The position numbers and the translations under genes are program-made. The notes below the pieces were generated by a model. It worked only from the letters and a program-made list of their open reading frames with translations. It searched no databases and was not told the origin of the DNA. From positions 13,133,798 through 13,197,797 of the forward strand of contig MU054662.1 of assembly GCA_013239625.1 (NCBI GenBank): DNA of 64,000 nucleotides, given 5' to 3'. Positions within the stretch are counted from its first letter, which is position 1, and each line of letters starts with the position of its first letter. Of this stretch, positions 33,590 through 46,965 are shown in pieces. The DNA is from Lama guanicoe. Its lineage: Eukaryota.

Positions 33590-35135
33590 GCAAACTCCTT
33601 CAAGTGACTGTCTTCTTCACTCCCTCCTCATCTATTACTTCTTTAACATCTGCCAGGATTTTGTCCTCAGTCCTTCACTCACAAAAACTGCACATCAATG
33701 TCCTTCCTTTCAAAAAATATTCCCCCCAAAGTACCTTGCAAGTCTCAGTCCTGACCTGTTACCCCTTTGGCAAGATTTGGGTTCCGTTGCTCGCTGCCAC
33801 TTTCAGGGACGTCTTCCATTCGGTGCCCAGGACGCCGCCTCCCCTGCCCCTTCCCACCTCAGCGCAGGGCCTTCCGGCCGCGCGTCTTGGCGATGCTCCC
33901 GTCTCTCGCTCTACATGTGGGTTTCAGACCTCTTCCCTTCTCCAGCTGCAGCTTCTTCCTGACTTTAAAGCCCACCCATATCCTGACAGATGCCAACTTC
34001 GTGTCTGCAGTGCCAACTTCTCCCCTAAGCTCTGGACTCATGTAATCCACCCCGGGGCACCTGGATGCAGGACAGAAACCTCAAAGGCGTCATGCCTGCA
34101 CAGGGCCACACACACACACACACACGGACACACACATATAGACACATGGACGCACACAGAGACACACACACACACACATACACACAGACGCACACTTACA
34201 GACACATGGACAGACACAGAGACACGCAGACACACACATGGACTCAGATACACACGCAGGGACACACACGGACACACATGTGGACACATGCAGATGCACA
34301 CATGAACAGACGTGGCCATACACACATTGACACACAGACACCAGCACATACGTGCACACACACCCCTCCACTCACACCCAGCAGTGCCCGTCCCCCCTCC
34401 AGGAGTGGAGAAAGGGGGCCTGGGAGGCCCCCCCAGATGCCCTGGCCGCGCAGCCCCCCGCGCCTGCCGCCAGCACAGTCCGCCCGGCAGCGTCTTCCCT
34501 AGAACCCTAGACCCAGACGTGCCTCATGCTCCACCAGCAGCACCTACGAGAAGCCACCTGAATTCCAGCCAGGACGAGCACAGCGGCTTTCCAGCTGACC
34601 TCTCTTCCTTCTCGCTTCTTAAATCACTGTTCTCATGGCAACCAGGAATATTATTTAAAATACATAACTCACACCATGTCATTCTTCGTTCACGACTTCC
34701 AGAGATTTTCCCCAACTCACACAGGGAAAAAGAATTGTTTTAAATGTTATCAGGCTTACAAGGTCCTATGTGACTGGGCCTCTGGCTACCTCTCTGAGTT
34801 CACCTGCCAAGTCCCTACTCCCTTAGATCTAGCTTGACGTCTTTGCTGTTCCTCCAACTCCCTAACCTGTGCTTACCCCAGGACCTTTGCACCGGCTGCT
34901 GCAGCTGTCTGGATGCTCTTCCCCAGGACCCTCACGGCTTGCTCCTTCACGACACGCAGATCTCTGCTGGTATCTAAGGTCCCTCTCCCTTCGGCTGTTT
35001 GATGTCCCTTCACAGCACTTAGCGCCAACTGCCAACTTACTACGCATTCACCTACTGTCTGCTTTCCCACTAGAAAACGAGGTCCACAGAGGCCGCGACA
35101 GTGTGCTATTCATCCTGGCACCCCAGCACTGTAGT
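33590..35135 (+). mobile_element. LINE-2 (L2a-like) remnant interrupted by a CA-rich expansion
   Basis: ttctcccctaagctctggactcatgt, tacaaggtcctatgtgactgggcctctggctacctctctga, ccaggacctttgcac...tctggatgctcttcccca, cccactagaaaacgaggtccacagaggccgcgac. Confidence 0.75.
34107..34362. repeat. Compound CA-rich repeat with 60-bp higher-order duplication
   Basis: gacacatggac(g/a)..cacagagacac recurs at 34141 and 34201 within degenerate (CA)n. Confidence 0.9.
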
Positions 35136-36021
35136 TAAACCATCTGTCCTTTTTGTGTGTGTTTAAAATGTCTTCTTAATTTAGGAACTTGAGGTTTCTC
35201 CCCACTGTTGTAGTGTTTATCTTAAATACTGTGATGCTGGATTTCCACACATATTTCAGCATTTGGGACCACGAGCTCACCATTCAGACATCTCCTTCTG
35301 TGTGGACCACGGAAGCGTCCACGAAAGTCGCTTTCCTTGTTGCTTCTGTCAAACTGTTACTAATGTTGCAGGTTCCAAACCAGCAATAGCTAATGCGTCA
35401 TTTGGGTCTTCACCCCTCGTCCTGCAGTCCAGACCGGCCTCTCTGATTGCTGTAGTTGGATCGCTTTTGCCCTGGGGTCCGGCTGGAGTAGTGCTTCTCT
35501 GTTTTCTTCAGGCCAGGAAGTGGAGATGTTTCCAGCCACCACATTTCCCAGGCTCCTGGCTTCGTCAGCTGCCCGCCCAGCCCCCGCAGGGCCGGCAACC
35601 AAGGTCCGTCCCGCAGAGACATCAGCCCCTCAGGCGCACCTCCTGCCCGTTTCCCTGCACATCCTCTGCCCTCACAGCCTTCTTGCCTCCATGCAGCCCA
35701 TCGTTCCTCTGGAAGATGGAGTCAGTCCTTTCTTCATGTCCAAGCTTGGCTACGTATTTGATTTCTTTAAAAAATACATTTCACCTGGTGTTTCATGTAT
35801 TTGAAGTGGGAGGGGCTTCCCGGAGCAGCTTAGCGTAGTCTGGACTGGAAGCCTCTCGCGCCATCTGAGAACACCTGGGGCAACGTCGGAGGCTCAGAGG
35901 CTCCCAGGGACGGCGGCTGGTGGCGCGCAGGCGGCGCAGCAGGTGGGGCTGCGGTGACAGCGCGAAGAGGCAGTTGGCACCGGGAAGCACGTCCGGCTGC
36001 CCGAGAAGAGTTCCAGACGCC

Positions 36022-36445
36022 GGGCTGACTTCCTGTGCCTGCCGTAACAAACGAGCACGCGCTTGGCCCTTAAAACAGCACCCGCTTGGCCCCTCCCTTA
36101 CAGTTCTGGAGGCCAGAAGTCAGGCATCTGTGCCACCGGGCTGCCGTCAGGGTGCTGACAGGGCCACGCTCCTTTCAGGGACTCTCGGGGAGACCCTGCT
36201 CCGGGCCCCTTCCAGCTTCCCGTGGACATCAGCAGTCCCTGGCTTGGGGTGGCGTCACTCCCACCTTCAAATCCAAACCTTTAAATCTCTCTCTGGTCTG
36301 GCGTTCCATAACCCTCTGTCCATGTGTCCCGTCCCCCTCTGCCTCTTCCACACGAGGATCCACGTGATGGCATTCAGGGGCCACTGGGTCATCCAGGATG
36401 CCTCCTCATCTCAAGACTCTTAACTGTAAAAACCTACCCCTGTTT
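36022..36445 (-). mobile_element. MaLR solo LTR (MLT1C/MLT1D-like)
   Basis: ttcctgtgcctgccgtaacaaa, ttaaaacagcac, ttacagttctggaggccagaagtc, ccttccagcttc, atccaggatgcctcctcatctcaagactcttaact. Confidence 0.85.
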
Positions 36446-38034
36446 TGCTGTTTCTGTTTCTGTTTGAGGGTGGATTCGCAGACTGCAGGAGGTGGAAGGT
36501 GAATATCATTTCTGTCATTCAGGGGGGACCACGGCTCAGTCCAGCACAGGCCGTGATGATGGCGGCAAACAAGAAAAGGCACCCCTTCCTCCTGGCATCC
36601 TTAAAGGGGCGGTTTCAGAGGGAGCAGCAGAAACGCTCGAAAGCCTGTCAGCCGAGACCAGGAGAGCCGGTCTAGAGGGGGGAGGTGAGGACTAGGTGAG
36701 TCGAGTCACGGCTGGGAACCTTCATCAGAAAGATGACAGTTTCGTGATGATCCCGTTCCCGGAGGGGTCCCAGGGAGAGGACTGAGGACGAGAAGGTGTG
36801 GCGCTGCCTCTGACACCCCCAGTTCTCCGCAGCTCAGCTGAGCTGTAGGTGACGGAATTTACTTCGTAATCAAACCACCCGTGTGTCTGAGTGGCTGTGG
36901 AATAAAAGCACAAACTGGCTGTGTCACAGTCCTCGTCCCCAGCAATTCCAGGAGCATGAAGAGCACACGGATCTTGAGGGCTGGGGTCAGACCAAGATCG
37001 ACACCCTCATTTCAAGCTCACCAGGGTCAACCACAGGGCCATGAAAGTCCCTCAAAATAAATTGAAGCCTTTTCTACAGGAAGAGTGTATTTCCTAAATT
37101 TGGGGAGGGGTGGGGGAAAGACCCTGACCCACAGGGGTCACGTAAAAAGAAGGGTGGGGCTGCACAGAGTTCAATAAACTAAGAAGCTCATCGGGGTCAG
37201 AGAACAGCACGAGCGCTCGCTCACATCGATTTAGAGTCGAGCGCTGTTCTCTCTTCAAAACTCAGCCCAGCAGGGGGCCCCGGAAGGCGAAGGAGGTCAG
37301 AGAGAAGACAGGGATCTTTCCACAAGGGCATTAAGTTTTCCGAGACTCAACGTCAAGACTAAACAAGCTGCCTGTTAGATGTGAGGACCCAAATGACGGC
37401 CTGGCTTTCTTCTAACGACGGAACGGGCGGCAGCACACCCCGCACCTCCCGCTCAGCGTGACCTGCGACTACACCCTACCCCTCACAGAGTCACCAGGTG
37501 AGCAGAGCTCATCATTTTAAAATGCAAATGATCCCAGAGAGAAAAGCACCCTGGTCACTGCAGACCTCAGTGGGAGCACCTCCCATCAACCAACCCCACG
37601 CCTTCTGTGCTCCAGCCTCGGGAGGGAGGCGAAAATAACTCTCGATAGGGGGTCCCCTGCTCTCTGCTCATATCCAGCTACCTGCCTGCTCTGACAAGAG
37701 GGGCGCGAGGGCCAGCCTGGGTCTCTGGGTCTTAGTTCCATTGTCTGGAAGGTTCTGGGGGCCGGGAAACAAGAGAAGGGCGCCTGGCCACCTGTTCCTT
37801 AACTGCATCTCAGTGGCCTCAGGCCTGGGGGAAAAAGGTCCTCAATGTCTCCTCCGGCTCCTGCTCCCTCTTCGAGGTGGGGTCCCCCCCAAACCTGGAG
37901 AGCAGAGCTGTGCCTTATTTAGGGCGCTCACCAGGGCCCAGCACAGGGGCTCCACACAGACGGCAGGGAACCCGGCGCCCAGAGAAGGCACAGTCTTGAC
38001 CTCTCTTGCATCCGGGGGGCAGTCGGAGGGTGCC

Positions 38035-38200
38035 ATCTGTGCTCAGGCACCTTGCCAGCCGCTCACACAGAATTTGCATTTGTGAATTCTTCAACAGCCC
38101 CGTGCCGAGGCTGCGATTCTCAATTCCACGGATAAGGAAACTGAGCACAGAGAAGCGAAGCGAGGTTGCAGGGCAGTGGAGAGTGTTAGCGTCCGAATTC
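38035..38200 (-). mobile_element. MIR fragment
   Basis: tgtgctcaggcac...gaattcttcaacagccccgtg...ccacggataaggaaactgagcacagagaag (MIR core). Confidence 0.65.
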
Positions 38201-41200
38201 CTGTCCCGTGGCTGCAAGCTGGGTGTCCCCGCCCGCCCCCGGGTCCCCGGAGGCCCTCCGTGCACACGGGGCTCCAGCTTTGCACAGAGGGAGGGCGAGG
38301 AGGAAGACCTGCGGAGGCTTCCGAACGCATCCTGTTCCAGGTACAGGTAGAGGAAAGGGGCCAGCGGACCTGCGCGCTGGGGCCACGCGGGACTGGAGGG
38401 AGCGGTGGGCGGGGCTAGCCCGGGAGGGCGGGGTGACCCCCGAGGCCTGTGTCCTGAAGCAGGTGACATTCGGGCCGCCCGGCCAGTAGCCTGCAGTGCA
38501 GCGCGGGCTCAGTGGCAGCAGCGCTGCTCCCTCCGGGGAGGGGGTGTCCTCAAGTCCCCCGGCGGCTGCGGAGCCCGTGTGCCGCGAGTGCCCCCCGGTG
38601 GCCAGAGGGAGAACTGGAGCCCTCGCAGGCGTTGGGGGGGCCCTTCGCCACGAGCAGGTGCTGCAGGGCGACTCCCCCAAGCCCAGATTTTGAACCGGCC
38701 CCTTCGTTCAGAAGAACAAGTAACTGAGCAGATGTCCCGGCCCAGCGCAAGGGGCTTGCTCTTCTGTCCCTCCTTCCGCAGCGGGGCCTCTGGCCCTGGG
38801 CTCCTCCTGGGCTCTCAAGGGCCCTGGGGTCCGTGCAAGGCGGCCGGTCCCTCAGCCCCTCCTTCCCTCCGGGTGAAGGGCCCGGGCTGGGAGTCAGCGT
38901 GTGGGCTGGGGGTGTCGGGGACTTTGCGTCGCTTTGTTTTATTGGGCAAGTTTTTCTCTGGATTTCAGTTTCTCCATCTACAAAACAAGCCCTGGATGGT
39001 GCTGGGGTCGGCCCGGGGATCAGGTGTGGGTTGTTCCCTCCTGGGCCCTGGCCCCTCCTGTGGCCCCTCATTCTGTCCCTCCCCGTGGGGAGTCAGGAGG
39101 AATGTGGGTGCTTTAAGGGGGAAGAGAGTTTATGGAGATTAGAGGACTGAGGAGATGGTTACTGAGGGGTTAGTCACTGGGGCTCCTCCCACTGCAGCCT
39201 TCGAGTCCATGCAAGAACATTCACCCCTGCCCAGAGGATGAGCAGTTCTCCTGTTCCTTTAATTCAATCAACACATAGTTGTTTAGCGGCTGTTGTGTGC
39301 CGAGTGGTGTGTTGCCCCAGTCCTCCCCGCCCGCTGCCTAGTAACTGGGGGAAGACACACACTTGCATCTTAGTGACCATAATGTGGGATTACATCTCTG
39401 CTCTGCACGCATCTCTGTAAAACATCTCTGTAAAACTGCCTGTACATGAGAGAAACAGAAAACAAAAAAAGTAAGACAAGAGTTGATTTGATGGCATGTT
39501 GGAAGGTGGGAGTGGGCAGCTTTTATTGTTATAACGTTGTCCATGAGACACACACAGACTCACAAGGATGTGGAGACAGAAGGCGGGGACAGACGCAGGG
39601 CACCGCAAGCCTGGGGGCCGCAGTGTCACTCTCGTGACGGCGTCTAGAAAGTCCTGGCACAGAGGCCACTTTCACACCAGCACAAAAGGTGGCCGTCCGT
39701 ACATCCAGGGAGGTGGGCTGTGGGGTAAAAAAGTTAATAAACAGATTCATTCATTCAATTGGTCAGTCAGTGATTCACGGCTAAAGATACACAGACAATT
39801 AATACACATTTCATGCCCTGCAGGAAAACACAAGGAGAACGAACACGAAAGAGTCCAGAAATGTTCTTTATCGGGTGAACACAGCCCAAGAGAAGTGTTT
39901 TCTTAATTAGCCACTAATGACAGCTTCCCGTCTTCTCCGCACTGTTTGTAAGCGACCTGTCAGTTTTGAGCGGTGTTAGTGCTACTGTCAGTGTTCACTC
40001 TGGGTCTGCGGGTCCTCCTGGGAGAGGGGAGGGGAGGAGACAGGGAGGACGTGGCAGGGAGGAGTATGTTTTAAATGGATCAGGATTATATCAATTGGAA
40101 GACAGAGCCCTGAAATAGAGCTTGTGAAAACTTGGAACAAAACCGTAACATCTGAATTAATCCTGAACTCACCCAGGACAGCAGCGGCCTCCCCGGTTCC
40201 CATCCCAGGGCGGCCTAACTAAGCGTGTGTGTCCTCCGTGACTGCACGCTGGTCCCCGCTGCGCCCCGTGCTGAGCTGACACCAGGCGGCGTCTACCCAG
40301 GACCCAGACACAGGTGCAATCTCTTCCCCCCACACGCACCCCGACTGGCTTGTGCTGCAGAAGCAAGGTCAACGCTGGAGGAAGGGGCTGGGGGGCAGGG
40401 CTGGTCCCACGGACAGACAGCGGGGGGTCAGACCGGGCAGCGCCCTCTCCCCGCCTCTGGTTAAACGAGGGGGCTGCCTGGGGGAGACACACCCAAACCC
40501 TTGCCTGCATCACTGACCCCTGACACGGAGGGGAAGTTCGCAGCGGGAACGGGCCGCACTGGATGGAGGAGGGTCCGCTGACCCTTGCCAAGGGGATGGC
40601 CACTTGCTGGCTGGCCACCTTCTGCCTCCCGGGCAGGTCTTCAAGGACTGGGCGGTGGCGGGATGAGCTCTTGAGGCCCTGGTCTGCACCACGCTCGGCT
40701 TCCTTTGGGCTGACACACGATTTGGTTCATGTGTCAAAAACAAACAACCCCAAATTTTACCCCCCCACCATCACAGTCTCACTCTCCAAAACGCTCCAGC
40801 TTATGTTCATGTGAACAAAACGCCCCCTCGCCCTGGCCCCACGCCTCGCAGTAACACCGAGCGCTTCTAGGAAACAAGAGTCTCTCGTAAGAAACATCAT
40901 GGAGAGCCGTGGATTTTTTGTTTGTGTGAGTCTTTCAGACCAAGCTGCCATCTTTAATATTCTTTTCTGAAGCTCCACGCAAAAGCAGAGTTTCTGCAAA
41001 GTGAATGAAGACATTTAGTGTTGAAGAATTTGATAAAAATCAGACTGTTTTCCCCTTGAAAGAATGTATTGCGGCTCAGAGCAAACAAGACAGGCAGCCA
41101 GACAGCCTCAGCCGAGCTCTGTTCACCCCGTTTTCTGAACACTTTATCTGCCCCTAAAATCGAGCACAGGGAAGCGGACGTGGGCGGGGCCCGGGGCGCG

Positions 41201-41262
41201 AGGGGCTCCCGCCCTTCTCTTCCGCGGCGGGCTCTGGGGGTGGAGGAGAACCCTGGTCAATA

Positions 41263-41394
41263 NNNNNNNNNNNNNNNNNNNNNNNNNNNNNNNNNNNNNN
41301 NNNNNNNNNNNNNNNNNNNNNNNNNNNNNNNNNNNNNNNNNNNNNNNNNNNNNNNNNNNNNNNNNNNNNNNNNNNNNNNNNNNNNNNNNNNNNN
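41263..41394. other. Assembly gap (132 N)
   Basis: Run of N. Confidence 1.
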
Positions 41395-41886
41395 CCCGCG
41401 AAGATAATGTTTTAGTCTCGATTTGAACTTGAAAACAGAAGTAAATTTTCCGCAGCAACAGCTGGGCTGGTTCCATCCAGGAGGCTCTCTATTAACTGCA
41501 CGGGAAGGGCCCTTATGGCCTCTTCTAATGGCTTCCTCTGCACTTTTGTCTCATCAAAAAAGCCAAATTGATTGCGGCGCTGCTGTTTACTGACGTGGCG
41601 CCCCCCTCACCCCAGAGTGTGGGCTCCCGGGGGGGCCCTCGTGCGGGAGGGGAGCTGTGGACCCGGGGCTGCCGGTGGGACCTGGGTGGGGAGCTGGGGG
41701 TCTGGCCTCAGCTTTACTCCACAGGTCATGGTTCCTGGGCGGACTTGGTGCGAAAGCCGCTGCAGGAGCGGGGGCGCTTCTGCATCTGAAGTCATTTCTG
41801 GGCTTTAATCGCCCTCCAGACCCTCCCCCAGCGGGACGTGGCCTCTGAGGTCTGTGCGTCGCCATTTAACATTTTAGTCACAGGTG

Positions 41887-41944
41887 AGTGTGTGCGCGCG
41901 TGTATGTGTGTGTGTGGTATGTGTGTGTGAGGGTGTGTGTGCGT
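41887..41944. repeat. Degenerate (TG)n repeat
   Basis: gtgtgtgcgcgcgtgtatgtgtgtgtgtggtatgtgtgtgtgagggtgtgtgtgcgt. Confidence 0.85.
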
Positions 41945-44900
41945 GGGGGGGGCACCCTCCTGATTCTATGCCACACTCCCTGGCAGCAGGGACCACATTT
42001 AATGCCACTAGAGTCTTCATCGGACTTGATAAGAAGCTGACACCCAGGATGGGCTCTTAGAAAGGGGGCCAAGATGTGGGGGACCCACTGGCCCAGAAGC
42101 CTGGGTCTGATCCCCCATCGCATCACTGCCCTTGGTCCTGTTCCCGAGAGCCCTCGGGAAATGCGGCCAGTTTAAGGTTTGCCTCCTGCTGATGCCTCCC
42201 TGTTAGTTGAGACCTGAGGGTGCAGTGCGGGCGGGCAGGGTTTGCCCATGACCGAGAGGAAAGGTCTGGCGAGGAAGTCCAAGTGCGGCCTCCCAGGGCA
42301 GGAGAGGGGCGAGCTGTGGTGCTGGAGGGAGGGCAGAGCAGGGCAGCAGAGGGAAGGGGGCCTGGATCCCCGTGTCCCGCCCGGCTGCTGGCCAGCTGGG
42401 AGACCCAGGGCACACTCCCGGCCTCTGAGTTGAGGTGTTTTGTCTGAAAACTGTGAACGGTGAAACCCAAGCGTCTCAGAAAATGGACAAGAATATAAAC
42501 GCAAGGGTAGCCTTGCCCCTGAAGAGAAGCAAGCAAGCAAACAACTCAAACAAGGGAGAAAAGAAAGAAAATGAGCAGAGGCCAGCTGTTTGGTCCAGAC
42601 CCGCTTCCTTTCAGACGGAAGTGAGCAGGCAGATCCCGCGGGTCCTCCCGCTCAGCACCGCATTACCTTTCGTCTCTGTACGACCCTCTCCAACCCAGGC
42701 CCCCCTGCGCCCAGGCAGCCCACAGCCGCGGACCCCGCCGCCCTGGCTCGCCCCGGCCTGCGGGTGACGACCGTCTCCCTTCCGCCCCGTCCGGGGCGTC
42801 TCCCACGGCCCCGCTCTGCGGGCTGCTCTGGCCGTGCTGTTCCTCAGCTCAGGAGCCCCAGATGCACTGAGTCCACGGTCACCGAGGTTTAGCACGTGCC
42901 AGGCCCTGCTGTCGGTGTCTGAGTTACCGGGAGCGCAGAGACGGCCTGCTGTCCTTGGCTGGGGGCGGTGGAGGGAGACAGAGGGCCTGGTCGAGTCGAG
43001 GAGACGGGGAAGAGAGATACTCATGCAGACGCTTGCTTATATTTGAAGCCGATAGTTCCCAGCCCCGAGTGGAGTCGGGTTTGGCTGAATAGAGTCCATG
43101 TCTCATTGGCTGTAACCTGTCTTCCTGGGCTGTGATCTCTGGTGATGTGTCTTGTTTCATCCAAACCAGAGAACAAAGAGAAGCCACTCCGTCCTACCCG
43201 CGTGCTTCTCTGCTGTGCCCTGGGAGCCTGGGATTCAGCTCTTTCCTCTCGTGGGTTTTCTGCAGGCTCGATGGGTCCCCTGCTGTGTGTGGCTTCTCCG
43301 AGGCTCTCAGACTTGGGCCCGGTTTAGGGTCAGACACACATAAGCCAACACTACCCAGGGCTTGTTCGTCAGCAGCAAAGGGGACAGGGTCAGCCTAGAG
43401 GGCACATCCTCTTGACCTGAGCCTTGGGGCCAGGAAAGTGTCTGGGGACTTGGTGCCATTTTTGTTCAAGAGATGCAACCTCCACCTTCCCTTCTGGAAG
43501 CTCACGAAGAAGGCAGACTTGCACAGACTTCAGTGACCTGCTCTCGTGTTGGGTAAATAGAGCCCCGAGGACAGGAGGCCTCGGGGCTGAGCTGACTGAG
43601 CACACAGTGTCGCATCCGTGTGGCCACGATGGAGGTGGATTCCAGCCCCACCGACCTCCATCATTTTTAGGTTGTGTGAATATGATGTGAATTTTTTAGT
43701 GTATGTGGAAGCTCTGAACTCCACCGTGGTTTCTGTAAACACCAAAGTCAGCAGCGTTTGGCCCTTGCTCTGTGCCCGAGCCCTGCCCGCATCCACCCTT
43801 GCTCACGCGTCACAGCTGTCATTACGCTCTTGTGCAAGGGGTAGGCTTGCTCGAGCGTACCTGCGGACGTCCCTGTGCTCAGACAAAAAGCACACGCACG
43901 CGATAGGACTGTTTACCACCCCGACCCCCTCTGTGTCTTGTCTGACTCCTCTCCTCAGCCATTTCAAGTTTCTCGAGGTGGGAATTCAGAGGAAGGAGAG
44001 GGGCGGGTGGAGGAAACCGCCGAGGCTGCCCACGGCCCAGAGACCAGGGCCGGCAAGAGCAGGGCAGCGACCGTGCAGACCTCTGCCAGCAGCTCCACAA
44101 GGAAGTGACATCACAGTGGCCACGTCTGGCCGGCAAACTGACTGGGCACCGGAGCAAGCACCTTCGCACAGGGAGGAAGACGCGAAATGGGAGGATCACA
44201 GACGGGGACGTCTGGGCAGCCCGCGTGGCACGGAGATGGAGACACCCTCACCGAGAGCAGACCCGGGCCTTTGGTCCGAGGGCCTCCGACGCGTCCCTTT
44301 GCCGCCCGAGCTGCTCTGCCACCAATCAGCTGGCTTCCCTGAGACCTTCGCCCACGAAGAGACAGAAACTGGAGTGGTTTGGTCTCGTAACTGGAGCCAC
44401 GGTCCTTGCAAGCCCGCCTGGCAGGGAACAAGACCAAGAGCGAGAAAGGAAGCAGGCTCCGCGGGCGCCAGCCCGCATCCTTCCTCAGGGCCAGCCGGCC
44501 CAGAAAGCCCCCCGCCCTGCGGGGTCTGGGCGCCGGGGCTCAAGGCACCCTCCCTGCTTCTGCAGGCGGTTCGCTTCCAGGCCAGCGACCGCACGGAGGC
44601 CTCGGGAAAGGGGAGAAGGAGGTGGGTGTGACAACACTAAGGGGCTGGGAACGTGCTTCGTTCCCCGTGACCCTGACGACAAGTGTGAGAACGCGGCGTT
44701 TAAGCAGAGCCTTTCCTCACGCTGCGTCCTCTAGGCCGTCCGGTGGGGTAGGCGTGGGGGTGGTTTGGAAAAGGGCATAGACAGAGCAGGGGGAGACGGA
44801 ACTGCCCTCGCTGCGTGGCCACCTCCCTGTGCCGGGCATCCACCTGGCGCTTGCCTGTCCTTCCCACCGCACCTGCCCAGCCCCTCAGTCGTCAACACGA

Positions 44901-45849
44901 CCGTGCAGACAAGGAGGCCGTGGCTGTGGGGGATTTTGCTGTAAACTCACGGGCACAACTGTACGCGGCACAACTCAGTTCTCCCAGCTTGCAGATCCGG
45001 CCGCCTCCCCTCAGCGCATCACACCCCCGGGCTCACTGCGGCTGAGTGTGGACACGTACTGATGGCCACCCGTGAGACTCAGCCGGACACCATCGGTTCA
45101 CTTCCTGCGGAGATTCAGCCCTCACTCGCTCTGGAAGGGCCTCTCTGGGATCATTCGGGGAAAATGAACAGAGCCAGACGTGCAGCTGTAGTCCTGGTCG
45201 TTCAAGCGGCGTGAACGCCTCTTAGTCGGAAGTAGCTCTCTGATGAGAACTGGAAGCTTACGAACCTTCCTGAAATTAGTTCACAAGCAAGTGAGCATCA
45301 AACAATACGGAGAAAAGGCAAAGAGGATTTGCTTCCTCTCCCTCATGGAGCAGATGAACTCTCAGTGCCCGGCGATTCCTGAGAATGTCAAATCCCACCT
45401 GGGCGGTGGGACAGCGGCGCCCGTCCCGTCCCACTTGAATCACCTGTCCCTTCCTGAGTGCCTAGTCGAGGACCACTCCCTGCCCTTCCATCACAAGCGC
45501 CAGAGGCAATAACTTTGCGTAACAAAATCAAGATTCAGAGGAAATGGAGGGTAAGAGATGAACCGCAGATGATCCAAGGAGCTCGACTTCCCCTGCAGTT
45601 GAATGGGCGGCAGTGGAAGGAAATCAGGCACCCCTTGTGGATGACGTGGTGCAATTAGATGACTCAGGAAGTGCTGCTGGTGCTTCAAGCCGCTCTGCCT
45701 GGACGTTCTCAGGATGTTTGCAAATGAGTAAATCAAAAACTGGATGGGACCTCATCCCTCCAGGGCTTTCGGAATCACGGAATCATCTCGTCTTCTCCCC
45801 AGTTGGTGAGCGAGCTCAAAAACCTGGAATAGTCCTCATGTTTCACATC

Positions 45850-46500
45850 CTCCATTACCCTAGGTGTCTGGTCCTTCTCATTTGATTTACCCCCTAAAAC
45901 TCATCCCGACTTGCTTGCTTCTTGTTAATCCTTATCATTTCTCACCCGAATTGCTGAAATTACCCCTAACTTGCTTCTCTCTCGCCAGCTTGACCAGCAC
46001 CCATTAGCCCACCCTCCTGCCGTGGTCATCTTTCTAAATTGCAAACACGATCCAGCCACGCTTTGATCACATCCTCCTGTGCCTCCCTGGCTCCTTCAGG
46101 ACGAGTCCCATATCTCAGCGCCCTTGGCCCCCGCCCCCCGCCCTCACCGCGCCTCTCTCGGGATCATCCGCACTCAGAAGTTCTTGACCTTGAGGTGCTT
46201 CTCACACCTGTCTGGGTTCCTCAGGGGCGAGCACCTGCCATGGTTTAGCTGTTCGCCTGCCTTTTCCAGGCTGGTTCCTTCCGCTCCTTCAAGGTGAGTC
46301 TTGCTCAGGCATGACATCTTCTGGAAGAGCAGCCTGAGCCCTGCTGCCTGGCTCTGTGCCCGCCACCCGGGCCCCTCCAGCCCGTGGACAACATCTCCCA
46401 TGTTGTGCTGTCATTTTAAATCCTCCACCAGACTGGGATTTTCCCAGACAGTCGCTCTGCCGCTCATGCTTGTATTCCCAAGAACTTGTCGTGCATTAGC
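45850..46500 (+). mobile_element. LINE-2 fragment
   Basis: tatcatttctcacccgaattgctgaaat, gtcatctttctaaattgcaaacacgatc, ccttcaaggtgagtcttgctcaggcatgacatcttctggaagagcagcctga. Confidence 0.55.
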
Positions 46501-46789
46501 CATCGATACTTCATTAGTTAAGTGGAAAAGTAAGTTCTGCTCTGTTTTTCCAGCATTCCTGTGGAGTTCTACCAAAAATCTTCCCGCTTTCCGACCTTGT
46601 GTCCTTGCATAACCCAGTACACAAAGATGTATTTCTTCTTTTCAAACTTCAATAAAGAAATAACATATAAAATATGTATTTTTTAAATTTTTTGAAAGAG
46701 GCAAACACAGTTGAGATTTTATCTTATAGAATTTTGTGTAAGTGAGGACTTTGAGGGGATGCTGAGGGAAGAAGGAAAAAGCCAACTAA

Positions 46790-46965
46790 TGTTTATTTTG
46801 CAACTAATGTGTGCCAGGCACTACGTTACACATCTTTACCTGTTCACACCGAGTAATTCTCACGGTCAGTTCTCTCTGGCGTGTTATTACCACTGTACTA
46901 ATGAAGCTGAGACTGAAGTTCAGAGAGGCTGTCATACTATGTCTCTGCAGACAGAATGGCTAGTT
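46790..46965 (-). mobile_element. MIR fragment
   Basis: actaatgtgtgccaggcactacgtta...taattctcac...tgagactgaagttcagagaggct. Confidence 0.6.

Noticed and set aside
33457-34305. 282 aa ORF with His/Thr-rich tail
   Set aside because: Runs through L2 sequence and the CA repeat; the tail is translated microsatellite.
37040-37380. Possible LTR remnant
   Set aside because: Only vague similarity; no termini or family could be assigned.
43618-44631. Longest ORF (337 aa, +)
   Set aside because: Non-ATG start, Pro/Arg/Gly/Ala-rich, no recognisable domain, overlapped by similar ORFs in other frames; expected in stop-poor GC-rich DNA.
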